NCBI GenBank assembly: GCA_951406725.2
Contig: OX597837.1
Coordinates: 28,024,001 to 28,088,000, forward strand
Length of the DNA stretch: 64,000 bases
From: Octopus vulgaris
Taxonomy: Eukaryota
Direction of reading: 5' to 3'
A model generated the notes under the pieces. The model did no database searches. It was not told the DNA's origin and saw only the letters and a list, made by a program, of their open reading frames with translations. Positions 1 through 14,471 of the stretch are shown in pieces (position 1 is the first letter of the stretch; every line of letters begins with the position of its first letter). The position numbers and the translations under genes were made by a program.

Positions 1-165
1 CGGCGGTAGCAGCAGCAACAGCCATGGTGGCGGCAGCAGCAGCGGCGGTGGCCACAACAGCCGTGTTGGCTGTGACAGCAACAGCCATGGGGGCGTCGGC
101 AGCGGCACCAGTAACAGCTACAGCAACAAGTACATAGAGGAGATTTCCCCCGAAAGTTTTATTTC

Positions 166-562
<397 letters not shown>

Positions 563-940
563 ATTTAGTTCTCCAGGTTTTGTATTAGCGAAAGCAGTGA
601 TTGTCTCCAAACGTCTAATGAGGGTTGGCCACCATCCCAAGCACGAGAATTTAATGAGCAACCGAATCAAAACTTATTATTAAATTGCACGACGTCGTAA
701 CACCACCGAAATGTATTGCGTGCTACTTTTTTTCTTTAGGTCACGTACACCCCCCCGCACCCCCCACACACACCCACCTACACTCACACACACACATACA
801 GACACACTCTCTCTCTTTCCCTTTCTCTTTCTGTTTCACTCTCTCTCTCTATTTCAGCCACATTCTCTATCAGAATCAAACTTATTAAATACACATAACA
901 CCAAGCTGAGTGTTCCTTTCTTCCATTTTGGTCACGCGCG

Positions 941-1385
<445 letters not shown>

Positions 1386-1489
1386 AACTCTCTTTGGCAC
1401 ATACACTCACATACATCATATAGCTACACATTCTTATGAGAAAATACTTTAGGTGACGCTACAGAAACTATTCTATGGAAAATGGTAAT

Positions 1490-1825
1490 ACGTGTGGCTC
1501 AGTGGTGAGAGCGTCGGGCCTACGATCGTGAGGTACTGAGCTCGAATCCCAGACCGTGCTGCGTGTTGTGTTCTTGAGCAAGACGCTTTATTTTACGTTG
1601 CTCCAGTTCACTCAGCTGTAGAAATGAGTTGCGACGTCACAGGTGCCTAGCTGTATCGGCCCCTTTTCCTTTCCCTTGGATAACACTGGTGACATGGAGA
1701 GGGGAGGCCGGTATGCATGGGCGACTGCTGGTCTTCCATAAAAACAACCTTGCCCAGACTTGTGCCTCAGAGGGTAACTCTTTAGGTGCAAGCCCATGGT
1801 CAGTGTCTGACCGAAGGGGGTCACA
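1490..1825 (+). mobile_element. tRNA-derived SINE with CORE-like domain (family D)
   Basis: A box TGGCTCAGTGG and B box-like CTCGAATCCC, followed by gtgttcttgagcaagacgcttt...ttgctccagttcactcagctgtagaaatgagt, which resembles the CORE-SINE domain. Related pieces at about 2600-2730 (-), 25945-26030 (-) and 36500-36706 (-). Confidence 0.8.
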
Positions 1826-2080
1826 CTGTCACACTGGTAATACGATATACGTGTATGGCGAAAGAATCGGGGGAAAAAATCGGATGTTACCTACTATGAT
1901 ATATGAACAATCTTCAAACACTGGAAAATGTCCACTTGAGCTTCTTTCAATTAATAATTAAAATCTTTTATTGTGCAACCCTGGCAGAAGAAAAGTAAAA
2001 GTCCTGTCTCGAATCCTGAGATTCTTGAGGTCGGTTACCCGGTTTCCATGGAGTATAAGCAACCAAGGTCACAATATACC

Positions 2081-2314
2081 TATTTCTTTACTACCCACAA
2101 GGAGCTAAACACAGATGGGGACCAACGAGGACAGACAAACGGATTAAGTCGATTATATCGACCCCAGTGCGTAACTGGTACTTATTTAATCGACCCCGAA
2201 AGGATGAAAGGCAATGTCGACCTTGGCGGAATTTGAACTCAGAACGTAACGGCAGACAAAATACTGCTAAGCATTTCGCCCGGCGTGCGAACGTTTCTGC
2301 CAGCTCGCCGCCTT
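2081..2314 (-). mobile_element. tRNA-derived SINE with Meta-like domain (family B), monomer with TSD
   Basis: Minus strand GGCGGCGAGCTGGCAGAAACG...GAGTTCAAATTCC head plus gcctttcatcctttcggggtcgat...aagtaccag (MetaSINE-like domain). 17-bp TSD caag(g/a)tcacaatatacc at 2064-2080 and 2316-2332. Confidence 0.88.
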
Positions 2315-3103
2315 GCAAGATCACAATATACCCTCTGCACGGGACACCAGTATGGTAATAATTACTGTTATTATTACTACTCACAGTTACATCCATCTTC
2401 TTGCAAGCCAGTCGAAAACGAGGCTTTGGAATAATATTTAAACATGGCTGACTCCTGATCAGCAAGGTTCACGACTGTAACAACTAATGACGGATACTAT
2501 GCCTTCGTTCTAAAGAGTAAATCCTATTTACGGCCTATCTTTCCCGGTCTTCTGTATTCAACAATCTCACTGGTTCAATAATCAGAATTACTACAACCAG
2601 TCTGTCGCAGAGTCACTCGTAGTTGAGTGGACTGGAGCAACTAGAAATTAGATGTTTTCCTTAAGAATACAACGCATCGTCCGGTACGGGATTTGAAATC
2701 ATGAATGCAACACTCTAACCACCGAGCTATGCTTTTATTGTGCAACCCTGGCAACATCTGGAACGGAAAAACTATGGAGAAAAAACACGAAAGAAATTGT
2801 CTAACTATATACTGTTGAAGATAAGAATTAAGAATATGGGCGTGCCATAATTCCAGAATTCTTAATATCTTATTATCTTTGCAGACGAGAAATATGGTAA
2901 AAAGTTCCAGCCTGCTTTAGATGGGTACACATCCAATAGTCAACTAGTAATGGATGGGGGCATCATACCGGTCAGTTTACAGCCAATCGTCTGGACACTT
3001 ACTGATGGGCTTCACAGGCGTAAACAGCCACCAGAGTATATCGGCGGACGTGATGGCAGGACGTGATGCCATGGTGGGACACTGATAAATAAAATAAAAA
3101 AGG

Positions 3104-3584
3104 GTTTACTCCTTTCATCTTTACTGTTCTGAGGACAGTGGGACCAAGGGAATATACTTTCAGAAAGTCTCAGTTAATTAAATATAAGTAATGTGGTCAT
3201 TAAAATTGACCAGTGATTCGTTAGGTTCTAGCGTCAAGTTCAAAGGAGTCCTCAAGTCGTGGACCTTGTCTTGAATGCAACCGAATGAATTACCCCGATT
3301 TTTCTTTTGAACCCACACCTGATTCTATTCCTTCTGCAGATGTCGTTTACTCCTTTCATCTTTACTGTTCTGAGGACAGTGGGACCAAGGGAATATACTT
3401 TCAGAAAGTCTCAGTTAATTAAATATAAGTAATGCGGTCATTAAAATTGACCAGCGATTCGTTAGGTTCTAGCGTCAAGTTCAAAGGAGTTCTCAAGCCG
3501 TGGGCCTTGTCTTGAATGCAACCGAATGAATTTCCCGATTTTTCTTTTGAACCCACACCTGATTCTATTCCTTCTGCAGATGTC
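3104..3584. repeat. Tandem duplication of a ~240-bp unit
   Basis: 3104-3344 and 3345-3584 are near-identical (gtttactcctttcatc...cttctgcagatgtc). Confidence 0.95.
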
Positions 3585-3890
3585 TTTTAAGGTGACTGAT
3601 GATCGATTTAACTTCTAAAAGGTTTCGAAATTAGTCAATTTGCATGCATTGACATTAATGGTCAGTTTGATGGTCAGATAGAGAAGGTTGGCAAAAACTG
3701 GGGAACATGAAGTCAGTTGGGTCAACGACCCAAAGCACAATGCAGTCTGTACGTGTTTGAGGAGAAAGAGGCGAAAAGAGATTTAAAAAAGGGGGAAAAG
3801 ACAAACAAATAAAGATTAAGATTAAGATATAGAAAGTGTTTCTATGCAATATTTTATCTGTGAATGTATGTTTGTACAAGTGTATGAAAG

Positions 3891-3960
<70 letters not shown>

Positions 3961-4689
3961 CGTGCGAGTGTGTGCGTGTCTGTATGTGTGTGTGAACATT
4001 CGTTACCAAGAGAAGGGGTAAAGGTCGTGAGGTTATTCGATGAAAGTGCAGTATGTTGCAGCAAATAGACCAAGCAAATTGGAAGAAAAGTGCAATTTCG
4101 TCAATAAAAATTTTGAATAACACAATAATAATAGGATAAAAATAATATAAAAAAAAAAACACAAAATAGTAATATAACAAAATAAATAGTTAGATAAATA
4201 AACGAATAAATTCAACGATGAGCAACAGGGTGCGGAATTTAAAATTACCTTCGTGGGAGAATCCTCGCTTATACCCTTGGAAAATTAAAGCAAAATTTAA
4301 TTAAAAATAAATCGTATTAAAAAATAATTGAGAGGAAATAAGGAGGGTTATAATTTTAATTGTTTTGAAAAATATATTAATAAAAGAAATAAAAAAAGAT
4401 TAAAGAAAATATGTATGTTTTATTTGCTGGATTCGGAGGGAGGGACAGTGCCCATCGCTTTCGCGGTCCCTCCAAGGTTGGTGAGTTTGCTGAGGAATTA
4501 CAACCGCGTTTCGTGGTCTGCTACCACAACAGCTCCTTTATAGAATCCAGTTAGCTCAAGACATCATCAGGAGGAACCACGTCCGGTTTCGGCCCCTACT
4601 CCCCTACCGTTTTGACGTGGCGGGGCCCGCCCCTTTCGGAGGTGTCTTCAGTTCTGGTGTTGGGTGCATGTCTTCTTTCTTCTGTTGCC

Positions 4690-5039
4690 TGGCCTCACAG
4701 GGAAATATATGTGCAAGATGTGATACGGAGGGGTGGCATTTACGAAAGAAGGACGGGGCACAATGATTAGAGCAGGATCTGGGCGGGGTGATGGATAGGA
4801 TGAGGAGATGAGAGGAAAAGAGAGACGAGTTGAATAAGAACATCTAAGTGGAGGTAACCTCCCAGCCATACCGGTTTCGAAAAAAAGCGATTGTCATAGT
4901 TGTGGGAGAGAAAGCAGAGACGGGGAGAGGAAGCAGCACACTGAGTCTGAAGTATAGCTATAAGTGATTTTATGTCACTTGATCAAGATGCTCGTTTTAG
5001 GATGGGGTTAATGTCCTCCTAAAGCATCATCATCAATAT

Positions 5040-5071
<32 letters not shown>

Positions 5072-5150
5072 GCAGCATTGTTCCAGATGTGAGAGCAATG
5101 TTCTAATCTGGGCCTTACCTGAGCTTTGTAGAATATCAAGTTCGAGAGAC
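4690..5150 (-). pseudogene. Decayed CR1/Zenon-like LINE ORF2 C-terminal fragment
   Basis: LIFYKAQVRPRLEHCSHIW, then LPPLR...STRLS and PRSCSNHCAPSFF...HIFP in shifting frames; interrupted by a CAG/CAT microsatellite. Confidence 0.75.
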
Positions 5151-5250
5151 ATATATATATATATAGGTAGATAGATAGATAGATGAATGCAGACATATAC
5201 ACATATATACATATATATATATGAATTCATATGTGCACATATATATATAT

Positions 5251-5665
5251 ACTCTTTTACTCTCTTTTACTTGTTTCAGTCATTTGACTGCGGCCATGCT
5301 GGAGCACCGCCTTTAATCGAGCAACTCGACCCCGGGACTTATTCTTTGTAAGCCCAGTACTTATTCTATCGGTCTCTTTTGCCGAACCGCTAAGTGACGG
5401 GGACGTAAACACACCAGTATCGGTTGTCAAGCAATGCTAGGGGGATAAACACAGACACACAAACATATACACACACACTTATATATATATATACATATAT
5501 ACGACAGGCTTCTTTCAGTTTCCGTCTACTAAATCCACTCACAAGGCATTGGTCGGCCCGGGGCTCTAGCAGAAGACACTTGCCCAAGATGCCACGCAGT
5601 GGGACTGAACCCGGAACCATGTGGTTGGTTAGCAAGCTACTTACCACACAGCCACTCCTGCGCCT
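5251..5665 (-). mobile_element. tRNA-derived SINE with internal microsatellite (family A), full length
   Basis: Head AGGCGCAGGAGTGGCTGTGTGG...GGGTTCAGTCCC, internal (TA/TG)n, tail gtcaaatgactgaaacaagtaaaagag; more than a dozen copies in the window. Confidence 0.92.
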
Positions 5666-5909
5666 ATATTTATACACACACACACACACATTGATGTAAA
5701 CACATATATACAAATGCATACATATACATAACATACCCACATCTATGCATAAAGACATACACGTACGCATATACATGCATATAATCATATGTATTTATAC
5801 ACGCACTCACACATATATATATGCACAAGCATACACATATGCATATATATACATACACTCATATACACATACGTATGTATACATTCGTACGTACATACAC
5901 AAATATAAA

Positions 5910-6107
5910 GTGTTTGTCCCCTAGCATTGCTTGACAACCGATGCTGTTGTGTTTACGTCCCCGTCACTTAGCGGTTCGGCAAAAGAGAACGATGAATAAG
6001 TACTGGGCTTACAAAGAATAAGTCCCGGGGTCGATTTGCTCGACTAAAGGCGGTGCTCCAGCATGGCCGCAGTCAAATGACTGAAACAAGTAAAAGAGTA
6101 AAGAGTA
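5910..6107 (+). mobile_element. SINE family A, 3' half
   Basis: Matches 3' half of the 5251-5665 copy. Confidence 0.88.
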
Positions 6108-6319
6108 TAGAATATAAAAGTTCGAGGAAGATTTTATCTTCTGTTTCTGAAGAGAGGAACCAGACGATGAAATGGAAATGGTTCTAGCAATGTTAAAGAG
6201 AGTAGGAGCCGTTCTGGCACAGCCGTTTTGGCGTCGCTATTTGGCGTTACTGATTCAACGCTGACTTATTTGACATAGGATTCTTTCATGTTTCTCATGT
6301 TTTGATATTTCTCTCATTC

Positions 6320-6538
6320 AAGGCGGAGAGCTGGCAGAATCGTTAGCAAGCCGGGCAAAATGCTTAGCAGTATGTCGTCCGTCTTTACGTTCCGAGTTCA
6401 AATTCCGCAGAGGTCGACTTTGCTTTTCCTCTTTTCAATTTCGCAAAAACAAGTACCAGTTGAGCACTGGGGTCAATATAATCGACTACCACCCTACCAA
6501 GATTTTGCTGGTTTTGTATCAAAATTTGAAACTAATAT
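6320..6538 (+). mobile_element. SINE family B, older copy
   Basis: aggcggagagctggcagaatcgttagc...gagttcaaattccg...aagtaccag. Confidence 0.82.
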
Positions 6539-6539
6539 T

Positions 6540-6570
<31 letters not shown>

Positions 6571-6819
6571 TTCTCTCTCGCTCTCTTTCTCACTCTCTCT
6601 CTCTTTCTCTCTCTCTCACTCACTTACTCTGTGTATATGTAATTATGTAAGTAAGAATCTAGTTTGTACGTATGATTAATTTTTGTCTCTCCTTATCTCT
6701 CTCTCATCTATCTGCATATGTATACTTCTGCGCACACGCAAGTGTCTATGGGAGTATGTTTGTCTCTGGCGCCAAAAACGGGTTGAATGTCCAGTCAGCC
6801 ATGTTAAATGATCAGAGTC

Positions 6820-7249
6820 CCTTGGTCTCAAGCATTTGTCTTATGAAGAAAGGCTGAAGACGCTCGACCTTTATTCTCTAGAAAAACGACGACGCCGTGG
6901 TGATCTCATTCTCGCTCACAACATCATAAGCGGAAAGTGTAACATCTCAAAAGAGCTGTTCATCGCTCCTGCTCCAGAGCGTCGGCTTCGGGGCCACTCT
7001 GAAAAGCTCTATCTGCGACAATTTCATCTCAATCGAAGGAGAGGGGCTTTCTCCGTCCGGGTTGCGGATCCGAGGAATAAGCTGCCGGACAAGATAGTGA
7101 AGATGCCGACAACCGCTCGGTTCAAAGTCTCTCTTGACCAGAAATGACCTGAACTCTTTGCATGAACACCCTCCCAGTACATAACTCCATGTCCCCCTAC
7201 ATGGCCTTGCTTTTTGCTTTTTGAGCCAAAAAATAAACTTAACTTAACT
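6820..7249 (+). pseudogene. CR1-clade LINE 3' end (ORF2 C-terminus and 3' UTR)
   Basis: LSYEERLKTLDLYSLEKRRRRGDLI...RLRGHSEKL...FSVRV...NKLP is the typical CR1 ORF2 tail; ends with aataaa and (aactt)n repeats. Confidence 0.9.
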
Positions 7250-7299
7250 AATAACAGCGCTCATTACTCTCATTCCTTGTTTAAAATGTGCTTTCACCA

Positions 7300-7465
7300 T
7301 AAGAGATCCACGGTGACAGTGTGCTCAACAACCCGAGTGATGCATGATTGGGGAAGTTCGAGAGGAATGTTGGGCATTTTGGATGAGGCGGCGGCAGATA
7401 AATCTTTGATGTATAGAAGGATGACCATGAGAGACAAAACCGAATCCTGGGGGTACGTTTGAGAT
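7300..7465 (-). pseudogene. LINE reverse transcriptase fragment (CR1/Zenon-like)
   Basis: PQDSVLSLMVILLYIKDL resembles the RT motif PQGSVLSPxLFLLYINDL. Confidence 0.55.
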
Positions 7466-7558
7466 GACAGAATGAGGGACAGATATGCGTGTATAAGTAA
7501 CTATGTATGCATGTATGTATGTTTTTGTGTGTGTACGTACGTATGTGTATATGTGTGC

Positions 7559-7603
<45 letters not shown>

Positions 7604-7820
7604 CGTGTGTGTGTGTGTGTGTGCTTGTATGCATATTTATATGTATGTATATATGTGTGAGTGCGTATATACATACATATGAATATATGCATGTATATGT
7701 GTATGTGTATGTCTCTGTGTATACATGTGGATATGTTATGTATATGTACGCACGTGTATCTATGTGTTTACATTTATGTGTGCATATATATGTGTGCACA
7801 TATGAATTCATATATATATT

Positions 7821-7851
<31 letters not shown>

Positions 7852-7882
7852 CTTTATCTATCTATCTATCTATCTATCTACC

Positions 7883-7980
<98 letters not shown>

Positions 7981-8359
7981 AGCAATGTGTTAAGTAGGTT
8001 TTAGCGACATTTTTCTGCGTATATACATATGTTTGTGCAGACAAAATTTGCGTAAATAATAGACAACAGAATGTCTGTAATAGCTATCATGGTATCAGTA
8101 GGAAGTAAAAATATATACAAACTAATCAAACGCAGGATGAACTCCTTTGTAAATGTCTGACTCATCATACGATATCTATCCAATAGTGAAGACACGGAAC
8201 TGTCTGTAGCAGAATATGAAGTCTCTGAGAATGTATGATATCTGCAGAGTATAAGCCACATGAACATATGCGATTGACACGATATCAAATCAGTGAAAAG
8301 ATGTGATTAATACGCTATCAATGAATGAAGAGGAGAAAAGAATGATATCACATACTTAC

Positions 8360-8443
8360 ATGGAGAATTTTGAAGTTTATGGTACTCTGGTACATGAACT
8401 GCTATAACTTTGTCACGTGGATGGTAAATGTTCCGCTTGTAAA
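8360..8443 (-). CDS. Universal stress protein (UspA-like) gene, coding exon 2
   Basis: Polypyrimidine acceptor tttctatctttttctAG, then TT TAC AAG CGG ... TCT CCA T|GTAAGT. The 84 nt are phase 1/phase 1 and complete the exon-1 codon (TTT). Translation FYKRNIYHPRDKVIAVHVPEYHKLQNSP is the expected USP beta-2 strand (D-x-V-x-x-V-H-V-x-E). Confidence 0.88.
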
Positions 8444-8620
8444 CTAGAAAAAGATAGAAAAAGATTGGATGAGATTAAGAAAATCGATACAAATTATATT
8501 TTATGTTAAAATATAATAGATAAACACAAACAAATTTTAGGGTTTCGGAAAAGTTCAGAAAACAGAAAAAAAAAAACCGTTCACGAGAGGGGAAATAGAT
8601 TTTTTTTTTAATAATTATCA

Positions 8621-8820
8621 TACTCTTACTCTTTTACTCGTTTCAGTCATTTCACTGCGGCCATGCTGGAGCACCGCCTTTAGTCGAGCAAATCGACCCC
8701 GGGACTTATTCTTTGTAAGCCCAGTACTTATACTATCGTTCTCTTTTGCCGAGCCGCTAAGTGACGGGGACGTAAACACACCAGCATCGGTTGTCAAGCA
8801 ATGCTAGGGGGACAAACACA

Positions 8821-8909
<89 letters not shown>

Positions 8910-9090
8910 GACAGGCAATTTTACCCTTAATTAATTTTTTCAGTTTCCGTCTACCAAATCCACTCACAAGGCATTGGTCGGCCCGGGGCTATAGCAGAAG
9001 ACACTTGCCCAAGATACCACGCAGTGGGACTGAACCCGGAACCATGTTGTTGGTTAGCAAGCTACTTACCACACAGCCACTCCTGCGCCT
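8621..9090 (-). mobile_element. SINE family A, full length
   Basis: Same head, internal microsatellite and tail as 5251-5665. Confidence 0.92.
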
Positions 9091-10229
9091 ATCATAATTA
9101 CAACTTTTCTTAAAGTTCTTAACTAGATAATGCTGCCTTTCATTAACAAATGATTAATTAATTTGTTGAACCGGGTTTAAATTTCTCCTGTGAATGGAAT
9201 TGTTTGGAGAAATCCCCATCCTCTCGGTTTGATTGCTCGGTCTCTATTTGATCTACAGCATAAAGGTAAATTTTTTAATGTTGACTACATGGGTTTTTAA
9301 ATGTTAGGGGCGGGGGATGAAAATCATGTGATCTACATAGTTATTTTACAAGGCCATTTGAATGATATGTGAGGGATGAATGGCTGATTGCACAGGTCAC
9401 CAAATACTGAGATAATAGGTTTGCGGATGTGTATCCTAACATTGCTAGGTTTGAGGAAAAAGACTTCACTCTTCAATAACTCAGGACGCTTAAAGACAAT
9501 AGAACAATTCGCCAATCTAGGAACCGACAAAACTACAATATCGGTTTCAAATTTTGGCACATGGCCAGAAATTTCGGGCAGGGGTCTAGTCAATTACTCT
9601 CTGCAAGTAAAGTAAATATTCTGAGGCATTTCTGTCGTTTTATTCCTTCCAAACGGAAAATGCTTATCACACGTTGGCATAAAATCCCCACATTTGTACA
9701 AATGAGTGGACCCAAGCGCAACACCTTTATCTACTACATCAATGCTTGACAGGATGAAAGCCAAAGTCGAACCTGTTTTATTCTAACACAAAACCTTTTC
9801 TGTCCAAATGTTCTTAGGCATAGACATCTGCACTCTATTCTTCCTATCACAATTGTTTTCTCCCAACCGGATAACAAAGTGTTAACTTTTATTGACTCGG
9901 GCACATCAAAGGAATATTTCAATTGACCCTTAATATATTGTAATTTATAGACTACAAAGAGATGAAAAGCAAACCCTAACCTTCAGGTTGACTTATAATT
10001 ATAACATACAGAGGTTTTGGGGGAGTATGTACTGGAATACATTCGGTACTCATATAAGATTGGTAATGTTATTTTAATATTTCCTTGCCAAGCTGTGCAA
10101 CATAATTCGACATTTGAACTTGTAGAAAAATATTAACAATCGGCGCCAATTCATGAATCGATAATCGTTGCTGTTTGTTTACACACTTCAGTGTTTACAT
10201 TAGCTGATCGTTAAGCTCGTATTCTTGTA

Positions 10230-10315
<86 letters not shown>

Positions 10316-11307
10316 ATGAACGAATAAATAAAATGGCGTCGTTATTTATACAAAACAAATATATTTCAATGCTAGCAGACGATGGATTTTTAGCAAAAAT
10401 TAATATTAATAGACAGTAAATATTGACTATATATTGAACGTGAGTAGAATGTTGGCTATTTTTGGTAATCCTGGTTTATGCAATTGAAGAGAAATTAAGC
10501 AAATTCCCCAGTACATTTCTATTACTATAATGGCGTCGGAATGATAGGGACAATTAAACATCGCCCTAAATACCTAAATTTATATTTTTATCTTTGAGTT
10601 TGTATATTTTCAAATACAAATAGGGTGTTTAAAAAAAGAAAAACAAAACTGGTTCGAGGTGGTGAGTGGGGAAGGTCTATACACTTCGCAATTCCTCCTA
10701 AATCGATGCGGTACTGTTTTGACTGTAACCATTTCTCAACAAAAATAAATTCTTCAAAGGAAACCATTATGAAGCGAAGATAGAGAAGTTGATAGAATCC
10801 AGCCTGTGGCTTGTCGTTTATGAATTTGAGTCCAACCGCAATAAATCTCCTTTTTCATCATCAAATAGAATATGGTTACAATACTCTTGTAGATATCACT
10901 GCAATTCATTTTAAGTAATGGATCTCCGTCGGTTTCGATGATGAGTGTTAAGTTGGTCGATCAAACTGAGTTATCCACGCGTTGGATTAGCATAATAGTG
11001 GCTAGGTATTCCACCGATACGTGTATCCTTAACGGAATTCTTCGGCACATTTAGCATGGCACAGTGAATGAGATAAGATTGTACTTTTTGAATTGCGTGG
11101 ACGATCCTTCTCGTGAGCTTCAGTATAGTTTCCATCGACCCAATTTCTCTCACAAGCTTTGGGTCGACTCGATGCGATGTTGAATTACTCCTGGTTAAGA
11201 TGCTACGCATAGTGTAAAATCGAACACGGGACCCAATGATTATGAAGCGAATTTCTTAACCATTCGACAATGCTGCACCCAATTGATTAAACAACTCGTC
11301 TATTAAT

Positions 11308-11692
11308 GGAAGCACTCCGTCGGTTACGACGATGAGGGTTCCGGTTGATCCGAATCAACGGAACAGCCTGCTCGTGAAATTAACGTGTAAGTGGCTGAGC
11401 ACTCCACAGACACGTGTACCCGTAACGTAGTTCTCGGGGATATTCAGCGTGACACAGAGAGTGACAAGGCCGGTCCTTTGAAATACAAGGTACGACAGAA
11501 ACAGGAAGTAAGAGTGAGAGAAAGTTATGGTGAAAGAGTACAGTAGAGATCACCACCACCCCCTGGCGGAGCCTCGTGGAGCTTTAGGTGTTTTCGCTCA
11601 ATTAAACACTCACAACGCCCGGTCTGGGAATCGAAACCGCGATCCTACGACCGCGAGTCCGCTGCCCCAACCACTGGGCCATTGCGCCTCCA
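11308..11692 (-). mobile_element. tRNA-derived SINE (family C, resembles the octopus OK-type SINE), full length with TSD
   Basis: Head GGAGGCGCAATGGCCCAGTGG...GGTTTCGATTCCC; 11-bp TSD cgtctattaat at 11297-11307 and 11695-11705. Older relative at about 10925-11290. Confidence 0.88.
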
Positions 11693-12039
11693 CGCGTCTA
11701 TTAATATGGGTCATGTAAAGAACGAAGTAATATTCAGTTTGGCATTTCCTCCCAATGGAGTTCATAAAATCAATACCAGTAATATACTGGAGATAATTAA
11801 ATCGACTTAACACATTTCCATATATTTGTGGCACAGTGAGTGTGTTTGTATGTGTTTGTGTGTGTGTGGGGGGGTATTTGTTGGTGAGTGTTTCACGGAG
11901 ACTGTTCGTGAGAGGGTGAGTGAGCAAGCGCGTGACTTATGAAGGCGAGCGTATGATATGCATGCGTATATAAACGAGATTAGAAAACGCTTGAGTGATC
12001 AAATGTGTACCGCGCACGTGCTTGTGAGCCTATCTGTTT

Positions 12040-12690
<651 letters not shown>

Positions 12691-12806
12691 TGTAAGCGTG
12701 TGTCTGTGTGTGTTTAATGGGAATGAGAAATTAACAGTTGTGTAAGTAAAGGATTTAACTAAAATGCAAAACCGCATAAAAGAACACTCACGCATACACT
12801 CTTTGA

Positions 12807-12899
<93 letters not shown>

Positions 12900-13044
12900 G
12901 CACATACGACAAAAAGCTGCAAAAACCAGGTCATTTGAGACATTGCTAAATTGGAAGATTCTTGTTGGGAAATAATCGTTAGCAGAGCGTGGTCATGGCT
13001 CTGAGGGGGCGCCGGCGGCGGCGGGTTAGCGTAGTTCGCAAAAA

Positions 13045-13575
13045 CGTTGGTGGTGGTGGTGGTGGTGGTGGTGAGTGGTGGTGGAGATGGTGGTGGAGAT
13101 GGTGGTGGCGGTGGGAGTGGGAGACGGAGTTGCTGTTGTTGGCGCTGGCGCTTGTGGTGGTGGTGGTGATGGTGGTGTTGGTGTAGGTTTGTGACGGTGG
13201 TCGTGGAGGTGGTGGTTGTGGAGGTTTGTGATGGTGGTGGTGGTAGTGATGGTGGTGGTGATGGTGGTTGTAGTAGTGGTGGTGGTGGTTGTGTAGGCTT
13301 GTGATGGTGGTGGTGGTGGTGATGGTGGTGGTGATGGTGGTGGTGATGGTGGTGGTGGTGGTTGTGGAGGTTTGGAGGTTTGTGATGGTGGTGGTGGTGG
13401 TGGTGATGGTGGTGGTAGTGGTGATGGTGGTGGTGACGGTGGTGGTGGTGGTTGTGGAGGTTTGTGATGGTGGTAGTGATGGTGTTGGTGGTGGTAATGG
13501 TGGTGGTGGTAGTGATGGTGTTGGTGGTAGTGATGGTGGTGGTGGTGGAGGTTTGTGGTGGTTTGTGGTGGTTGT
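13045..13575. repeat. (GGT)n-rich compound trinucleotide tract with recurring gaggtttgtgat spacers
   Basis: Direct reading. Confidence 0.9.
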
Positions 13576-13725
13576 GCGGTAACTGGAGAAGCTCACACAA
13601 CGAAACAACGGTTTCGCTGTCAATACAATGTATATTCATTATACTCCATTAAATTTGTATTGATTTCTTTCTTGCAGTTTGTAAGGTTTTTTTTTTAATT
13701 ATTATTTTAACGAACAAACACATAC

Positions 13726-13770
<45 letters not shown>

Positions 13771-13840
13771 TAGATAGATAGATAGAAACACAACACTCTC
13801 ACTCTCTCACATACACACACACATACTAATATATATAGAG

Positions 13841-13934
<94 letters not shown>

Positions 13935-14383
13935 GCAGGCAGGCAGACAAACAGACAAATAGATAGACAGGCAGATTGTTAGATACATAGCTAGATAGAT
14001 AATCACATCCCGCTCGCATTCTCACACACACATATAGAGAGAGAGATACATGATAGATACATATATATATATATATATATATATATGCATGCATGCATGA
14101 ATACATACATGCATACATACATTCTTACATACACATATACATATACACGCAATTCTTTTGATTACGATGTTTCCATAGAGTATATATGGATGAACTGTCC
14201 GCCACTGACCCACAGAATTGATATTTATGACTTTTCACGAGAACGAGGTTTGCAGGGCAGTTCGATATAGTGGCAGTATGTGTCAGTGACCGGCTTACTT
14301 TATTGTACACTCTACGACTAACTAGACAAAAATGAATCGAACGTTCTCACTAGCCGTTGTTTTAGACGCGTAACTCTCTCTCT

Positions 14384-14422
<39 letters not shown>

Positions 14423-14429
14423 CACACAC

Positions 14430-14471
<42 letters not shown>

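Noticed and set aside
1-140. GC-rich Gly/Ser- or Ala-rich reading frame at the window start
   Set aside because: Low-complexity triplet sequence truncated by the edge; does not continue the USP domain.
1490-1555. tRNA-like heads as genuine tRNA genes
   Set aside because: They run into SINE bodies, are multicopy (several with TSDs) and lack a complete cloverleaf.
1891-1920. Possible USP mini-exon on minus strand (FEDCSYIIVG between cag and gtaaca)
   Set aside because: Short, weak donor, and not the sequence expected after exon 2; probably chance.
12788-13652. Long His/Thr/Pro- or Val/Gly-rich ORFs
   Set aside because: Product of a (GGT)n tract open in several frames; no domain or splice support. 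The same applies to 30345-30545.
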